Below are positions 45,559 through 57,559 of a DNA stretch of 64,000 nucleotides, piece by piece (the stretch's first letter is position 1; each line of letters opens with the position of its first letter). The position numbers were made by a program, and so were the translations under genes. This stretch comes from Candidatus Uhrbacteria bacterium (lineage in GTDB: Bacteria > Patescibacteriota > Patescibacteriia > UBA9934 > GWF2-40-263): contig JACPHX010000020.1 in the NCBI GenBank assembly GCA_016188425.1, positions 1,821 to 65,820 of the forward strand, written 5' to 3'. A model generated the notes under the pieces. It did no database searches, was not told the origin of the DNA, and saw only the letters and a program-made list of their open reading frames with translations.

Positions 45559-46632
45559 ATGGCAGGAAAAGATTATTATCACATTCTTGGGGTGGGGAAG
45601 CAGGCGAGCGCGGAGGAGATCAAGAAGGCGTTTCGCACGCTGGCGCACCAATTCCATCCGGACAAACCAGGCGGCAATGCGGATAAGTTCAAGGAGATAA
45701 ACGCGGCGTACCAAGTGCTGTCGGATCCGGACAAGCGCGCGAAGTACGACCAGTTTGGCCCTGGCTTCGAGCAGATGAACGGTGGTGATGCCGGCGGGTT
45801 TGGCGGTTTTCAAAATGGGTTCAATGGGATGGAGTTTGATCTGGGGGATTTAGGATCGATGTTTGGGCAAGCGTTTGGGTTTGGAGGGGGGAGGAGGGGG
45901 GAGGGAGGAGGGAGGAAGCAGGGGAGACCTATGGAGGTGGCGCTTTCACTTACGTTCTCGGAAGCCATCTTTGGAGTGGAAAAAGAAATCATTTTACAGA
46001 CGTCGGTGGCGTGTGAACGCTGTGGGGGCGTCGGGGCCGAACCTGGGACGAAAAAGAAGACGTGTACCGATTGCGGCGGCACGGGGACGCGGGTGCGGGC
46101 GCAACGGACGATTTTGGGGACGATACAGATGCAGACGACGTGCGACACCTGTCAAGGGGAGGGCGAGATCATCGAGACGCCCTGCGCGTCTTGCCGTGGG
46201 GAAGGGATGAAACGGGGGAAGAAACAACTCTCCATCGAGATACCGGCGGGGGTGGAAGACGGGGCAGTCCTTCGATTGCGAGGGCAGGGGGAGGCGATCA
46301 AGGGCGGGGAGGCGGGAGACGTGTATGTGCGTCTGCGCGTGACGCCGGACGCACGCTTTGAACGTGACGGGGACAAAATTTATTCTGGCCTCTCCATCGG
46401 GTTCACCCAGGCAGCGCTTGGAGACAAGGTGATCGTGGAGACGGTCGACGGCGACGCGGAGCTGACGATCCCGGCCGGGATCCAATCGGGAACGGAACTT
46501 CGGTTGAAAGGAAAAGGCGTGCCGCAGGGTCGGGGACGTGGCGACCACATGGTGGTCGTGACCGTTGTGACGCCGACGAAACTTTCTCGTGAGCAAAAAG
46601 AATTGTTTGAAACATTGAACTTGCGGGATTAA
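45559..46632 (+). CDS. dnaJ: co-chaperone DnaJ
   Basis: J-domain DYYHILGV...HPDKP, a G/F-rich region, and four CxxCxGxG zinc-finger repeats. Confidence 0.9.
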   Translation: MAGKDYYHILGVGKQASAEEIKKAFRTLAHQFHPDKPGGNADKFKEINAAYQVLSDPDKRAKYDQFGPGFEQMNGGDAGGFGGFQNGFNGMEFDLGDLGSMFGQAFGFGGGRRGEGGGRKQGRPMEVALSLTFSEAIFGVEKEIILQTSVACERCGGVGAEPGTKKKTCTDCGGTGTRVRAQRTILGTIQMQTTCDTCQGEGEIIETPCASCRGEGMKRGKKQLSIEIPAGVEDGAVLRLRGQGEAIKGGEAGDVYVRLRVTPDARFERDGDKIYSGLSIGFTQAALGDKVIVETVDGDAELTIPAGIQSGTELRLKGKGVPQGRGRGDHMVVVTVVTPTKLSREQKELFETLNLRD

Positions 46633-46667
46633 AAAAGACGCGGCTGCTCGTGTAAAGCAGAACGCGT

Positions 46668-47228
46668 TTAGTCGTCCATGGATGGACAGTCTTCGTAGTG
46701 ATCCTCATCCCAGAAACCCGTCCAGTATTGCTTGGGGTGGTTGGTTCTCTGGGGATCGATCTCGCCCAGGTCGTCTCCGGCTTCCTGGGACGGAGGATGG
46801 GAGGGGGTGAGATGGTACTCGATGAGATCCTGTGTCTCGATCGGTGTTTTCTCGGCCGCGCCTTCCGCGTTGCTCATTCCAAACAGGGTACAGATAAGCC
46901 CGATGACCTGTCTTCGGGCTTCGCGTCCAGCTTCGTCGTGTTTCCCTGTGAGCTTTGGAAAGCGAAAGGGAGCTTTGCCTGATTCGATTGGGAGGTTGGC
47001 GCTTGTCGTAAAGAGCAAGGAGATGAAGGAGCCGTCCGAAGTATAGCGGATGACGGCGTAGGTTCCGTCGCGGTAGACGCGTAACCGGTCGTCGGGTCGT
47101 ACCCTGGTTCGAGCCCCGACTTTTTTTCCTTTCCGTCCTTCTTCTGGGGTTGGGGGGAGGGCAAGATACACAGATGTCACCTCCGTAGTATTGCAGGCGG
47201 GGGGGAGAACTTCAAAGGGGTTGTGCAC
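46668..47228 (-). CDS. hypothetical protein
   Basis: 186-aa ORF; plus-strand alternatives are short and not protein-like. Confidence 0.4.
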   Translation of the reverse strand: MHNPFEVLPPACNTTEVTSVYLALPPTPEEGRKGKKVGARTRVRPDDRLRVYRDGTYAVIRYTSDGSFISLLFTTSANLPIESGKAPFRFPKLTGKHDEAGREARRQVIGLICTLFGMSNAEGAAEKTPIETQDLIEYHLTPSHPPSQEAGDDLGEIDPQRTNHPKQYWTGFWDEDHYEDCPSMDD

Positions 47229-47235
47229 AGATGGG

Positions 47236-49604
<2,369 letters not shown>

Positions 49605-49640
49605 GCAATTTTTGGAATTGCTGTGCCTGTATTGTAATTC

Positions 49641-49678
49641 ATACTGTGGCCAAGGGGCATGCCCCTTGGCCACAGTAT
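49641..49678. terminator. 38-bp perfect palindrome (hairpin) containing the CCAAGGGG core
   Basis: ATACTGTGGCCAAGGGGCATGCCCCTTGGCCACAGTAT. Confidence 0.6.
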
Positions 49679-49700
49679 GTGCATAGGATTAGGATATAGA

Positions 49701-49729
49701 TTGTATTGCAAAAGCAATACAAATTTTTT
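49701..49729 (+). terminator. intrinsic terminator
   Basis: ttgtattgc-aaaa-gcaatacaa followed by attttttat. Confidence 0.5.
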
Positions 49730-49735
49730 ATAGAT

Positions 49736-50218
49736 ATGAGAAAAATTATCATCATTGTTTTCATCATCCTCTTTCTCATCCTCACCGGTATTCTTTTCTT
49801 CCACAAAGACGGTAGTGTTCCTCACACTGTCCGCCACGATGCCGTTGTCCGTTTTGCAAACGGTACCGAGGCGACCGTTGAGATCGCGGACGAAGAGAAG
49901 GAACGGGAACGCGGTTTTTCTTTCCGCGAACGTCCGGCGGACCAGGAAGGAATCTTGTTCGTTTTCGACCGACCCGACCGCTATTCGTTTTGGATGTACG
50001 GCATGAAGTTCCCGCTCGACTTCCTCTGGATCGAGGGAGGGAAGGTCGTGGACTTGACGCCTAACGTGATCCCAGACGTTCCCCCAACAAAAACCTACCG
50101 CCCCGCCGTTCCTGTTTCGAGGATGCTCGAGATGCCGGCGGGCTTCATTGAAAAATCCGGGACATCGGTCGGTGATGAAGTCGAGATCGTTCATCTTCAA
50201 CGCGGCCGGGTTTTTTGA
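49736..50218 (+). CDS. DUF192-domain protein (COG1430)
   Basis: Signal anchor MRKIIIIVFIILFLILTGILFF; EKERERGFSFRERPADQEGILFVF...MYGMKFPLDFLWIEGGKVVDL fits the DUF192 pattern. The DUF number is assigned from memory. Confidence 0.6.
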   Translation: MRKIIIIVFIILFLILTGILFFHKDGSVPHTVRHDAVVRFANGTEATVEIADEEKERERGFSFRERPADQEGILFVFDRPDRYSFWMYGMKFPLDFLWIEGGKVVDLTPNVIPDVPPTKTYRPAVPVSRMLEMPAGFIEKSGTSVGDEVEIVHLQRGRVF

Positions 50219-50259
50219 CACGTCCCCGGCGGGTGGTAGTGTGGATGTTGGAGGTGCGC

Positions 50260-50814
50260 ATGAGTCGCGCGTTTTCATTCTGGGTACAGATCCGTCAGGC
50301 CCTGTACGACCTTGGATGGTGGCTGTCGCAAAAGAGCGACGGCTACAAACTGGGAATCCTCACAGAAGTTCTGGACTCGCTCCAAGACAGCGAGACGTTC
50401 TGCCGGATCCGCGAGCCGCGGCCGTCGGGAGCCAAGAGGAAACAGGCATTCCGCACCATCGAGGGGGCGGCGTACGAAATTGATTTCGTCCGCGGCACAG
50501 AAGATGGCGAGCAGACTGAAACGCTCTTTGTTCATCCGGCCACGGGGGTGGGGTATAGGTTCTGGATCAACTTCCGCGGGCCAGATATCGAGCGGTGGAA
50601 GGTGAATGGGGAGGCTATGCCCGACCCCGAAGGCGAACTCCTGGACGCACTGCGCGACATCCGGCTTTTCGTGGACCGCGTCGTCTGCCAGGAAGAGGAA
50701 ATCGCCCGTGACATGCGCCAAGACGAGGAGAACGGAATGCTGATCTCCCCGCAGATCCCGTCTTGGACGGGGAAGATCGTCGACCCAGCCGAGGAGCCGA
50801 ACAAAGCGTCGTGA
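50260..50814 (+). CDS. hypothetical protein
   Basis: ORF 50215..50814; start at internal M16 (MSRAFSFWVQIRQALYDLGWW...). Confidence 0.4.
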   Translation: MSRAFSFWVQIRQALYDLGWWLSQKSDGYKLGILTEVLDSLQDSETFCRIREPRPSGAKRKQAFRTIEGAAYEIDFVRGTEDGEQTETLFVHPATGVGYRFWINFRGPDIERWKVNGEAMPDPEGELLDALRDIRLFVDRVVCQEEEIARDMRQDEENGMLISPQIPSWTGKIVDPAEEPNKAS

Positions 50815-51145
50815 GGAGTTCCTTGTGGGCTCCTTTTAATTTTGTATGAGATGTTGCTGTTTGAAATAGAATACAGGGGCGGCGGGTTGACAATCCCCCC
50901 TCCTTTTCGCTATCCTTCCCACACTTATTCCTGAACAGATCGCTGGCAATAGGCCCTCGACCCACGTTCATCCTTCTCTTCCGTCCAGTTCGGCGCCTTT
51001 CGGCCTGCAAACGTTTCAGGGTTCCTCGAAATACTTCCGTGTATTCCTCGTCACCCTTCAATGTTTTCGGCTCGAAAGTCGCTCGAACTGTCCAGGAAGA
51101 TAAGGATGAACGGGGGTCTTGGGAGCCGAGGCCGCGAGAGCATCT

Positions 51146-51454
51146 ATGAAAGCAGTCATTACTACAGGCGGGAAGCAATATCTCGTCAAAGAAGGGCAGA
51201 CGATTACGGTCGAGAAGCTGGAGACGGAAGTGGGCAAGCCATTAGTCTTTGAAGCGCTCATGACCGTGAGCGATACAGACGAAGTCACGCTGGGTACCCC
51301 GGTCGTGAAGTCGGTCAAAGTCACTGCCGAAGTGAAAGAGCATGGCCGCGGGGACAAGATCCTGATCGTCAAATACAAACCAAAAGTCCGCTACCGCCGC
51401 CACATCGGCCACCGCCAGCCGTTTACGAAGTTGCTGATTACGAAGATAGCGTAG
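51146..51454 (+). CDS. rplU: 50S ribosomal protein L21
   Basis: MKAVITTGGKQYLVKEGQTITVEKL...HGRGDKILIVKYKPKVRYRRHIGHRQPFTKL, against E. coli L21 MYAVFQSGGKQHRV...[29 protein letters not shown]. Confidence 0.85.
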   Translation: MKAVITTGGKQYLVKEGQTITVEKLETEVGKPLVFEALMTVSDTDEVTLGTPVVKSVKVTAEVKEHGRGDKILIVKYKPKVRYRRHIGHRQPFTKLLITKIA

Positions 51455-51558
51455 GGGAGAGGGCGGGAGGCGGGGGAACGGGAGGGCAAAAAAAGAACGG
51501 TGTTCCGTTCTTTTTTGTTCCTTGTTTTTGTTTTCCTGCCTCCCGTCCTTCGCCTTTC

Positions 51559-52203
51559 TCACGCCGACCGGCGTCCTCGGAGCGCATCTCCAAGCGTCAC
51601 TTCATCCGCATACTCGATCGAGGCGCCAATCGGCAGGCCTCGCGCGAGGCGGGTGACGCGGCGGCCGAGGGGTTGTCCGGCGGAGCCGGATCCGGCTCCG
51701 CCGGACAGGCGGCGGGCGAGGTAGAGCATCGTTGTTTCGCCCGAGGCTGTGGGGGAGAGGGCGAGGATGACTTCCTCAATGGCCGGTTCGGCCTTGAGAC
51801 GGTCTTCCAGGTCGCGCACATGGAGGACGTCGGGGGTGATGCCTTCGATGGGATTCAGCGTCCCTCCCAGGACAAGATAGTAGCCCTTGAAGACGCCGGT
51901 ATCTTCAAACGTAGCGATGTCACGCGATTCTTCGACTACGCACAATAGTCCTGGAACACGGTTTGGATCGCGACAGATGTCGCAGGGGATAGATTGCGAA
52001 AAAGAAAAACAACGCGGACAAATTTTGATGAGTTCCGCGAGCGACAGGAGGTGGCGCGCGATGCGTTCCGTTTCTTGCCGGGGCTGTTTCAGCAAATGAT
52101 AGACGTACCGCAAGGCAGTCTTGGGGCCAACACCGGGAAGTTGGCCTAAAGCCGAAACCACGTTTTGGATTGGTTCAGGAAAACGTCGCACATCACATGC
52201 CAA
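51559..52203 (-). CDS. recR: recombination protein RecR with an in-frame palindrome insertion
   Basis: PEPIQNVVSALGQLPGVGPKTALRYVYHLL (HhH), C4 zinc finger CPRCFSFSQSIPCDIC, Toprim domain. Insertion SGGAGSGSAGQ near the C-terminus. Confidence 0.85.
   Translation of the reverse strand: MACDVRRFPEPIQNVVSALGQLPGVGPKTALRYVYHLLKQPRQETERIARHLLSLAELIKICPRCFSFSQSIPCDICRDPNRVPGLLCVVEESRDIATFEDTGVFKGYYLVLGGTLNPIEGITPDVLHVRDLEDRLKAEPAIEEVILALSPTASGETTMLYLARRLSGGAGSGSAGQPLGRRVTRLARGLPIGASIEYADEVTLGDALRGRRSA
51677..51704. repeat. 28-bp palindrome family, copy in recR
   Basis: CCGGCGGAGCCGGATCCGGCTCCGCCGG. Confidence 0.8.
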
Positions 52204-52495
52204 GATTCTTTAGCATCTCCTGCATTTTCCCGTTGTTCTTCATGTGTTCGGCTATCTTTTTCTGGATGCCTTTGAGGGATTCGCTGATGGCGTCCTTGAC
52301 GCCCGCGGTGAGTTTGTTTTTGTCGTTCATCAAATCGTCCGCGATCTCGACGGAGACGACGTGCATGTTGCCGTTCATGGTGATCTGGACGCGGCCGCCG
52401 GCGCCGGAACCTGTTTCGCTGATTTGTTCCATGGTGCTTTGCATCTGCTTGGCTTGGGAGCGAAGGTCTTTGATGGCTTTGAGTTTGGAGAACAT
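52193..52495 (-). CDS. ybaB: nucleoid-associated protein YbaB/EbfC
   Basis: MFSKLKAIKDLRSQAKQMQSTMEQ...GGRVQITMNGNMHVVSVEIADDLM; start at internal M19 of ORF 52193..52549. Confidence 0.8.
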   Translation of the reverse strand: MFSKLKAIKDLRSQAKQMQSTMEQISETGSGAGGRVQITMNGNMHVVSVEIADDLMNDKNKLTAGVKDAISESLKGIQKKIAEHMKNNGKMQEMLKNLGM

Positions 52496-52512
52496 AGGAG
52501 AGTTAGTTGTTA

Positions 52513-52628
52513 GGGGGCGCAAGGGGAGCAAGTGGTCCAAGGGGCGCAAGGGGAGGAGCAGGGAAAGTCGACGCGCTTACGTGTCTATGTTCTCTGCGCC
52601 CCTTGGACCACTTGCGCCCCTTGCGCCT
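52513..52628. repeat. CAAGGG-unit structured element, copy B3
   Basis: GGGGGCGCAAGGGGAGCAAGTGGTCCAAGGGGCGCAAGGGG...GTCGACGCGCTTACGTGTCTATGTTCTCTGCGCCCCTTGGACCACTTGCGCCCCTTGCGCC. Lies between the dnaB stop and the ybaB start. Confidence 0.7.
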
Positions 52629-52631
52629 GTT

Positions 52632-54116
52632 TTATACTCCGCCCATGAATCGCGTATCCACGGGCGGGGGTGCCATGTCTGCCGGGGCGCCGCCCATGAC
52701 GGGGGCCATTTCGTAGCCGCCGCCCTCCCCTCCATTGCCGTGCATGGCTTCGGGGGGTGGGGCGCCGGCGCGGCGGTCGAGGTTTCTAAAGGACGTGAGG
52801 CGGCTGTCGAAGAAGAGGCGCACCATGCCGGTGGGGCCGTTTCGGTGCTTGGCGATGTGGATTTCGGCCAGAGCCTTTTCTTCGGGGGCGAGGTCTTCGA
52901 GCTGGTAATTGCGGTCCGCGGCTTTGCGATAGATGAATAATACGACATCGGCGTCTTGTTCAATAGAGCCGGAGTCGCGCAAGTGGGACAAACGCGGAAT
53001 GGCGGGCTTGTTCAGTTCGACCGCGCGCGCGAGCTGGGCCAAGGCGAGGACGGGTACTTGGAGTTCGCGCGCGATCTGTTTGAGACCGCGGGAAATCTCG
53101 GATACCTCTTGCACGCGGTTCTCGCTGGACGCTTTCGAGCGGCCTTCCATGAGCTGCAAGTAGTCGACGACGACCAGGCCGAGCCCGTGCTCGGATTGGA
53201 GACGGCGGAGCTTCGTCCGCAACTCCATGACGCCCAAGCTCGCGGAGTCGTCTATGAATATCGGTGCCTCGGAGAGGACGCCCAATGCGTGGCCGATCCT
53301 GGGGAAATCGTCCTCGCGATCCGAGAGACGCCCTGTGCGCATCTTCCACAAGTCGACGCCTGCCTCCGCACAGATCATGCGGTCGACAAGCTGTTCTTTG
53401 GACATTTCCAAAGAAAAGACGGCGACCGGCGTCTTGCCCTTGATCGCGACATGCCGCGCAAGATCCATCGCGAGCGACGTCTTTCCGACGGAAGGACGCG
53501 CGGCGAGGATGAGGAGATCCGACTTTTGCATGCCTCCCAATAGGTTATCCAACTCGGTGTATCCCGTCGCGACTCCGCGCAACATCCCGCGGTTGCGATG
53601 CAGCTCGTCGATGCGCTCAAACGCGCCCGCAAGCACGTCGCGGATATTGATGAAGGTGTTTTTGAGGAAGTTCTGCGACACTTGGAAGAGCGTGCGCTCG
53701 GCATGGTCGAGCACGAGCTCCACGTCCTCTTCTTCCTTGAACCCCAGTTCGCTGATTTCCGCCGCGGCATTGAGCAAGCGCCGGAACGTTGCTTTTTTTT
53801 GGACGATGGCCGAGTAGTTGCCGATATGGGCCGCGGTCGCCACGCTGTTTGCGGTCTCGACGAGATACGCCCGCCCGCCGACGCGTTGCAGGAGGTTCTT
53901 CTCTTCGAGGCGGTTCCCCAGCGTCAGGATGTCCACCGGCTCATGTCGGTTGATGAGGTCCAGGATCGTCTCGTAGATGATGCGATGCGACTCCTTATAA
54001 AAATCTTCCGGGCGCAACGAATCGCCCACCCTGAGAAAGGCGTCCTTTTCCAGGAGCAAACAGCCCAGGATGGACTGCTCGGCCTCGATATTCTGCGGAG
54101 GAATTTTGTCGCGCAT
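52632..54116 (-). CDS. dnaB: replicative DNA helicase DnaB with a Gly/Pro/Ala/Met-rich C-terminal extension
   Basis: MRDKIPPQNIEAEQSILGCLLL..., Walker A GKTSLAMD, ...VVLFIYR.... Tail GAPPPEAMHGNGGEGGGYEMAPVMGGAPADMAPPPVDTRFMGGV. Confidence 0.9.
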   Translation of the reverse strand: MRDKIPPQNIEAEQSILGCLLLEKDAFLRVGDSLRPEDFYKESHRIIYETILDLINRHEPVDILTLGNRLEEKNLLQRVGGRAYLVETANSVATAAHIGNYSAIVQKKATFRRLLNAAAEISELGFKEEEDVELVLDHAERTLFQVSQNFLKNTFINIRDVLAGAFERIDELHRNRGMLRGVATGYTELDNLLGGMQKSDLLILAARPSVGKTSLAMDLARHVAIKGKTPVAVFSLEMSKEQLVDRMICAEAGVDLWKMRTGRLSDREDDFPRIGHALGVLSEAPIFIDDSASLGVMELRTKLRRLQSEHGLGLVVVDYLQLMEGRSKASSENRVQEVSEISRGLKQIARELQVPVLALAQLARAVELNKPAIPRLSHLRDSGSIEQDADVVLFIYRKAADRNYQLEDLAPEEKALAEIHIAKHRNGPTGMVRLFFDSRLTSFRNLDRRAGAPPPEAMHGNGGEGGGYEMAPVMGGAPADMAPPPVDTRFMGGV

Positions 54117-54187
54117 AGCTCCGCCATCTTAGCATCATCCCCCAACCGCGCCAGTGGAAAAGCTGTGTGCTATAATTTACATAATCT

Positions 54188-55351
54188 ATGCAAAGAAAAA
54201 TAGGAGGAGGGACGTTTTGGCGCGCGGTGGCGGCCATGATGGGCGGGGTGGTGGGCGTGGGGGTTTTCGGGCTCCCGTATGCGTTTCTGCAAAGCGGCTG
54301 GGTGGTCGGCACCATCTTATTGGTCGCGATCGGCTTTGCGATGTATCTCATGCAACTGATGGTCGCGGAATTGTGCGAGCACACGCCTGGCGAACATCGC
54401 ATCGTCGGGTTCATCCAACGGTACCTGGGGCCGTGGGCCGGGTATGCGGCGGTCGTGTTGTTTGCCTTGTCCGCGTGGGGAGCGATGAGCGCGTACATAC
54501 AGGTCGGGGGCGTGTTCTGGCAGACGCTGTTCTCGCCGTTTGTGGGCGGATCGGCCGTGGCGTACCAGCTCCTGGTGTGGGGCGCTGCCGCCGCGCTCAT
54601 CTTTCAAGGCCTGCGGTTTGCGACGCGATTCGAACCTGCCGTGGTGGGAGCATTCATTTTGCTTTTCGTTCTTTTCATCATCCGCGCGGCCGCCTCATTT
54701 TCCGCTGGCCGCCTTCCTGTTACCGATTGGACGGCCTGGCAAGTTCCCTATGGCGTAGTGCTGTTTGCGGTTTCCGGGTTGGCCGTCGTGCCAGAGATGT
54801 ACGCCATCCTTGGGGCGCAAAAACGCAAACGGCTTCCCGTCGCCCTGGCCGTCGGTGCCGCGCTGATCCTTTTTCTGTACTTCGCGTTCGCGGTTTCGGT
54901 TCTTGGCGCGACCGGATCGCACACCACTCCTATCGCCTTCGCTGGGCTTTCGACGCTCTTCAGCCCATGGTTCATTTTCGTTGGCTCCGCGATCGGCGGG
55001 CTTGCGACGTTTTCGATTTTTTGGATGGTCGGGTTGGAGCTGCAGAACACGCTGCGCATCGATTATAAAATATCCCGGCGCGTGGCCTGGATATATACCG
55101 TCGTCCCGCCGCTCCTCTTTGTTTTCCGATCCTCCTCGGGTTTCATCCAGACCCTCACCTTCGTCGGGGGCATCCTCATTGCCCTCTTCTCCGTTCTGCT
55201 CATCTGGGCGCACCTGCGGATGCGTGATACGGGCACCTGCCGTGTTTATGGCTGCTCGCGCATCCCCGCTTGGGTTTCCTATCTCTTGATGGCTGTTCTG
55301 CTCGTGGGAGCGGTGATCGAGCTACGTCCGTATCTCGCGGGACTTCTGTAA
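54188..55351 (+). CDS. amino-acid permease-like membrane transporter (APC/AAAP-type)
   Basis: Eleven to twelve predicted TM helices; N-terminal VGVFGLPYAFLQSGWVVGT is typical of amino-acid/auxin permease-family transporters. Confidence 0.6.
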   Translation: MQRKIGGGTFWRAVAAMMGGVVGVGVFGLPYAFLQSGWVVGTILLVAIGFAMYLMQLMVAELCEHTPGEHRIVGFIQRYLGPWAGYAAVVLFALSAWGAMSAYIQVGGVFWQTLFSPFVGGSAVAYQLLVWGAAAALIFQGLRFATRFEPAVVGAFILLFVLFIIRAAASFSAGRLPVTDWTAWQVPYGVVLFAVSGLAVVPEMYAILGAQKRKRLPVALAVGAALILFLYFAFAVSVLGATGSHTTPIAFAGLSTLFSPWFIFVGSAIGGLATFSIFWMVGLELQNTLRIDYKISRRVAWIYTVVPPLLFVFRSSSGFIQTLTFVGGILIALFSVLLIWAHLRMRDTGTCRVYGCSRIPAWVSYLLMAVLLVGAVIELRPYLAGLL

Positions 55352-56164
55352 TTGGTGCGCCCTCAGGATATTCATGAGGAGGCAAGCGACCGTCATGGGG
55401 CCGACGCCACCGGGGACAGGGGTGATGGCGCCCGCGAGGGGGGAGACGGTCTGAAAATCTACGTCACCGACGATCTTCCCATCCACCTTTGTCGTGCCCA
55501 CGTCGATGACGATGGCGCCGGGTTTGACCATGGAAGAAGAGATCAGATTCGGCTGTCCCACCGCGACGATGAGCACATCGGCCGTTTTTGTTTTCTCCGC
55601 GAGAGACGGGTCGGTCGGAGAGAGGACGGCGGGGACGATCGACCGCTCGCGCAAGAGGGGAGTCAGAGAACGCGCGAAAAGTCTGGAACCTATAATCACG
55701 GTTTTCCCAGCATTCTGCGCGCCAGATTCAACGAATAGTTTCATGATTCCGAGTCCCAATGCAGAGGCAATCCCCGGCCTCCCTTCTTCTAGCGCCGCGA
55801 GGTTCTCGGGATGGAATCCATCGACATCTTTCCATGGGTCGATCGCGCCAATGATCGCGTCCGTGTCTTGGGAAGGAAGGGGGAGCTGTACCAAGATGCC
55901 AGTAATCTCCCCCCTCCCATTCCACTCGTTTATCTTTTCAATGATGTCCCCATCCGACGCATCTCCAAGAAAAACCTTCTTCTCAAACCGAATCCCCGCC
56001 TCTTCACACGCTTTTTGTTTCAAAGAGACGTATAGATGCGACGCCGGATCGTCACCGACTAAAATGACGCCAAGGCCAACATTCAGTTGCTGGTCGGCGA
56101 TGCGCTGTTTGATTTTTTCACGGATGCGCTGCGCCATCGCGCGGCCGTCCAGGAGGTGGGGCAT
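55322..56164 (-). CDS. folD: bifunctional methylenetetrahydrofolate dehydrogenase/cyclohydrolase FolD
   Basis: AQRIREKIKQRIADQ...VILVGDDPASHLYV...GIMKLF...GAGKTVIIGSRLF...PVPGGVGPMTVACLL; start at internal M16 (MPHLLDG). Confidence 0.85.
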   Translation of the reverse strand: MPHLLDGRAMAQRIREKIKQRIADQQLNVGLGVILVGDDPASHLYVSLKQKACEEAGIRFEKKVFLGDASDGDIIEKINEWNGRGEITGILVQLPLPSQDTDAIIGAIDPWKDVDGFHPENLAALEEGRPGIASALGLGIMKLFVESGAQNAGKTVIIGSRLFARSLTPLLRERSIVPAVLSPTDPSLAEKTKTADVLIVAVGQPNLISSSMVKPGAIVIDVGTTKVDGKIVGDVDFQTVSPLAGAITPVPGGVGPMTVACLLMNILRAHQLQKSREIRT

Positions 56165-56217
56165 AGATGGTGGAAGGATAACAGGACATTCAGCCGACTG
56201 TCGATGCAAGCTGCGGG

Positions 56218-57462
56218 TTAGTACATCAGGTTCGGATACAAGGGAAATCTTCCCGTCATCCCTTTTACCTCTTCCCGTATTTGTCTCAGTTTCGTCGCAT
56301 CCGACGCGTTCATAATTGCCTCATCAATCCATCCCGCAATCTTCTTCATCTCCTCCTCTTCCATCCCCCGCGTCGTGATTGCCGGCGTCCCCAACCGAAT
56401 CCCCGACGGATCCATCGGCGAGCGCGGGTCGTCTGGGATCATGTTCTTGTTGACGGTGATGCCTGCGAGATCGAGCGCCTTCTCGGCCTGTGCTCCTGTG
56501 ACTCCCTTGGGCGTCACGTCGATCAAAAGGAGGTGGTTGTCGGTTCCACCGAACATCAAACGATAGCCACGAGAGGCCAATTCTTTTTCCAAGATCTTCG
56601 CATTGGCTTTGATTTGTTTTGCATACTCCTTGAACGACGGCTCGAGTGCTTCTTTGAAGGCGACGGCTTTGGCGGCAATGACGTTTTCGTGCGGCCCTCC
56701 TTGGAGTCCAGGAAAGACGGCCTTGTCGATGGCTTTTTTGTGGATCTCTTTGCATATGATCATTCCCCCTCGTGGACCGCGCAGCGTTTTGTGCGTCGTG
56801 GTCGTGACGACATCGAAGAGCGGGACAGGATTATGCATCTCCCCGGCGGCGATGAGGCCGGCGATGTGGGCGATGTCGGCCATGGTGATCGCCCCGACTT
56901 CGTCGGCGATCGCTTTGACCTTCTCGTACTCGATTTCGCGCGAGTACGCGCTGTAGCCCGCGAGGATCATCTTGGGTTTGTGCTCGATTGCCATCGCGTG
57001 CAGATTGTCGTAATCGATGCGGCCGTCGGTGGTTGTTTTGTATCGGATGAAGTCGTAGATCTTCGCCATGTACGTCACGGGATGGCCATGCGTCAGATGC
57101 CCGCCGTGGGAGAGATCCATTCCGAGGATCTTGTCTCCAGGAGAGAGAAGCGCCGAGTAGACGGCGACGTTGGCGGGGGCGCCAGAGAGTGGTTGGACAT
57201 TGATGTGTTCTGCTCCAAAAAGTTGCTTCGCGCGCGCGATCGCCAATGATTCGATCTCGTCGATGAACTCACAGCCACCATAATACCTTTTTCCAGGATA
57301 CCCTTCTGAATATTTGTTCGTCGCGATCGAGCCAAGGGCTTCCAGGACGGCCTCGGAGACGAAGTTTTCCGAGGGGATCATCTCCAGCCCTTCGCGTTGG
57401 CGGGTAAGCTCGCGGGCGAGTGAAGCGGCGGTGGCTGGGTCGAACGCGGAGAGGTTTGTCAT
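56218..57462 (-). CDS. glyA: serine hydroxymethyltransferase
   Basis: ...TTTTHKTLRGPRGGMI... PLP-lysine region; full-length SHMT; start at internal M15 (MTNLSAFDP). Confidence 0.9.
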   Translation of the reverse strand: MTNLSAFDPATAASLARELTRQREGLEMIPSENFVSEAVLEALGSIATNKYSEGYPGKRYYGGCEFIDEIESLAIARAKQLFGAEHINVQPLSGAPANVAVYSALLSPGDKILGMDLSHGGHLTHGHPVTYMAKIYDFIRYKTTTDGRIDYDNLHAMAIEHKPKMILAGYSAYSREIEYEKVKAIADEVGAITMADIAHIAGLIAAGEMHNPVPLFDVVTTTTHKTLRGPRGGMIICKEIHKKAIDKAVFPGLQGGPHENVIAAKAVAFKEALEPSFKEYAKQIKANAKILEKELASRGYRLMFGGTDNHLLLIDVTPKGVTGAQAEKALDLAGITVNKNMIPDDPRSPMDPSGIRLGTPAITTRGMEEEEMKKIAGWIDEAIMNASDATKLRQIREEVKGMTGRFPLYPNLMY

Positions 57463-57559
57463 AGTGACGCCAGTGTACGCCAAGCTTGACAATAGGAAAA
57501 ACAATGAATAGAGTGTACACTCTTCGTGGTTGCACGAACGAGAAAGGAAGGAGGTTCAG

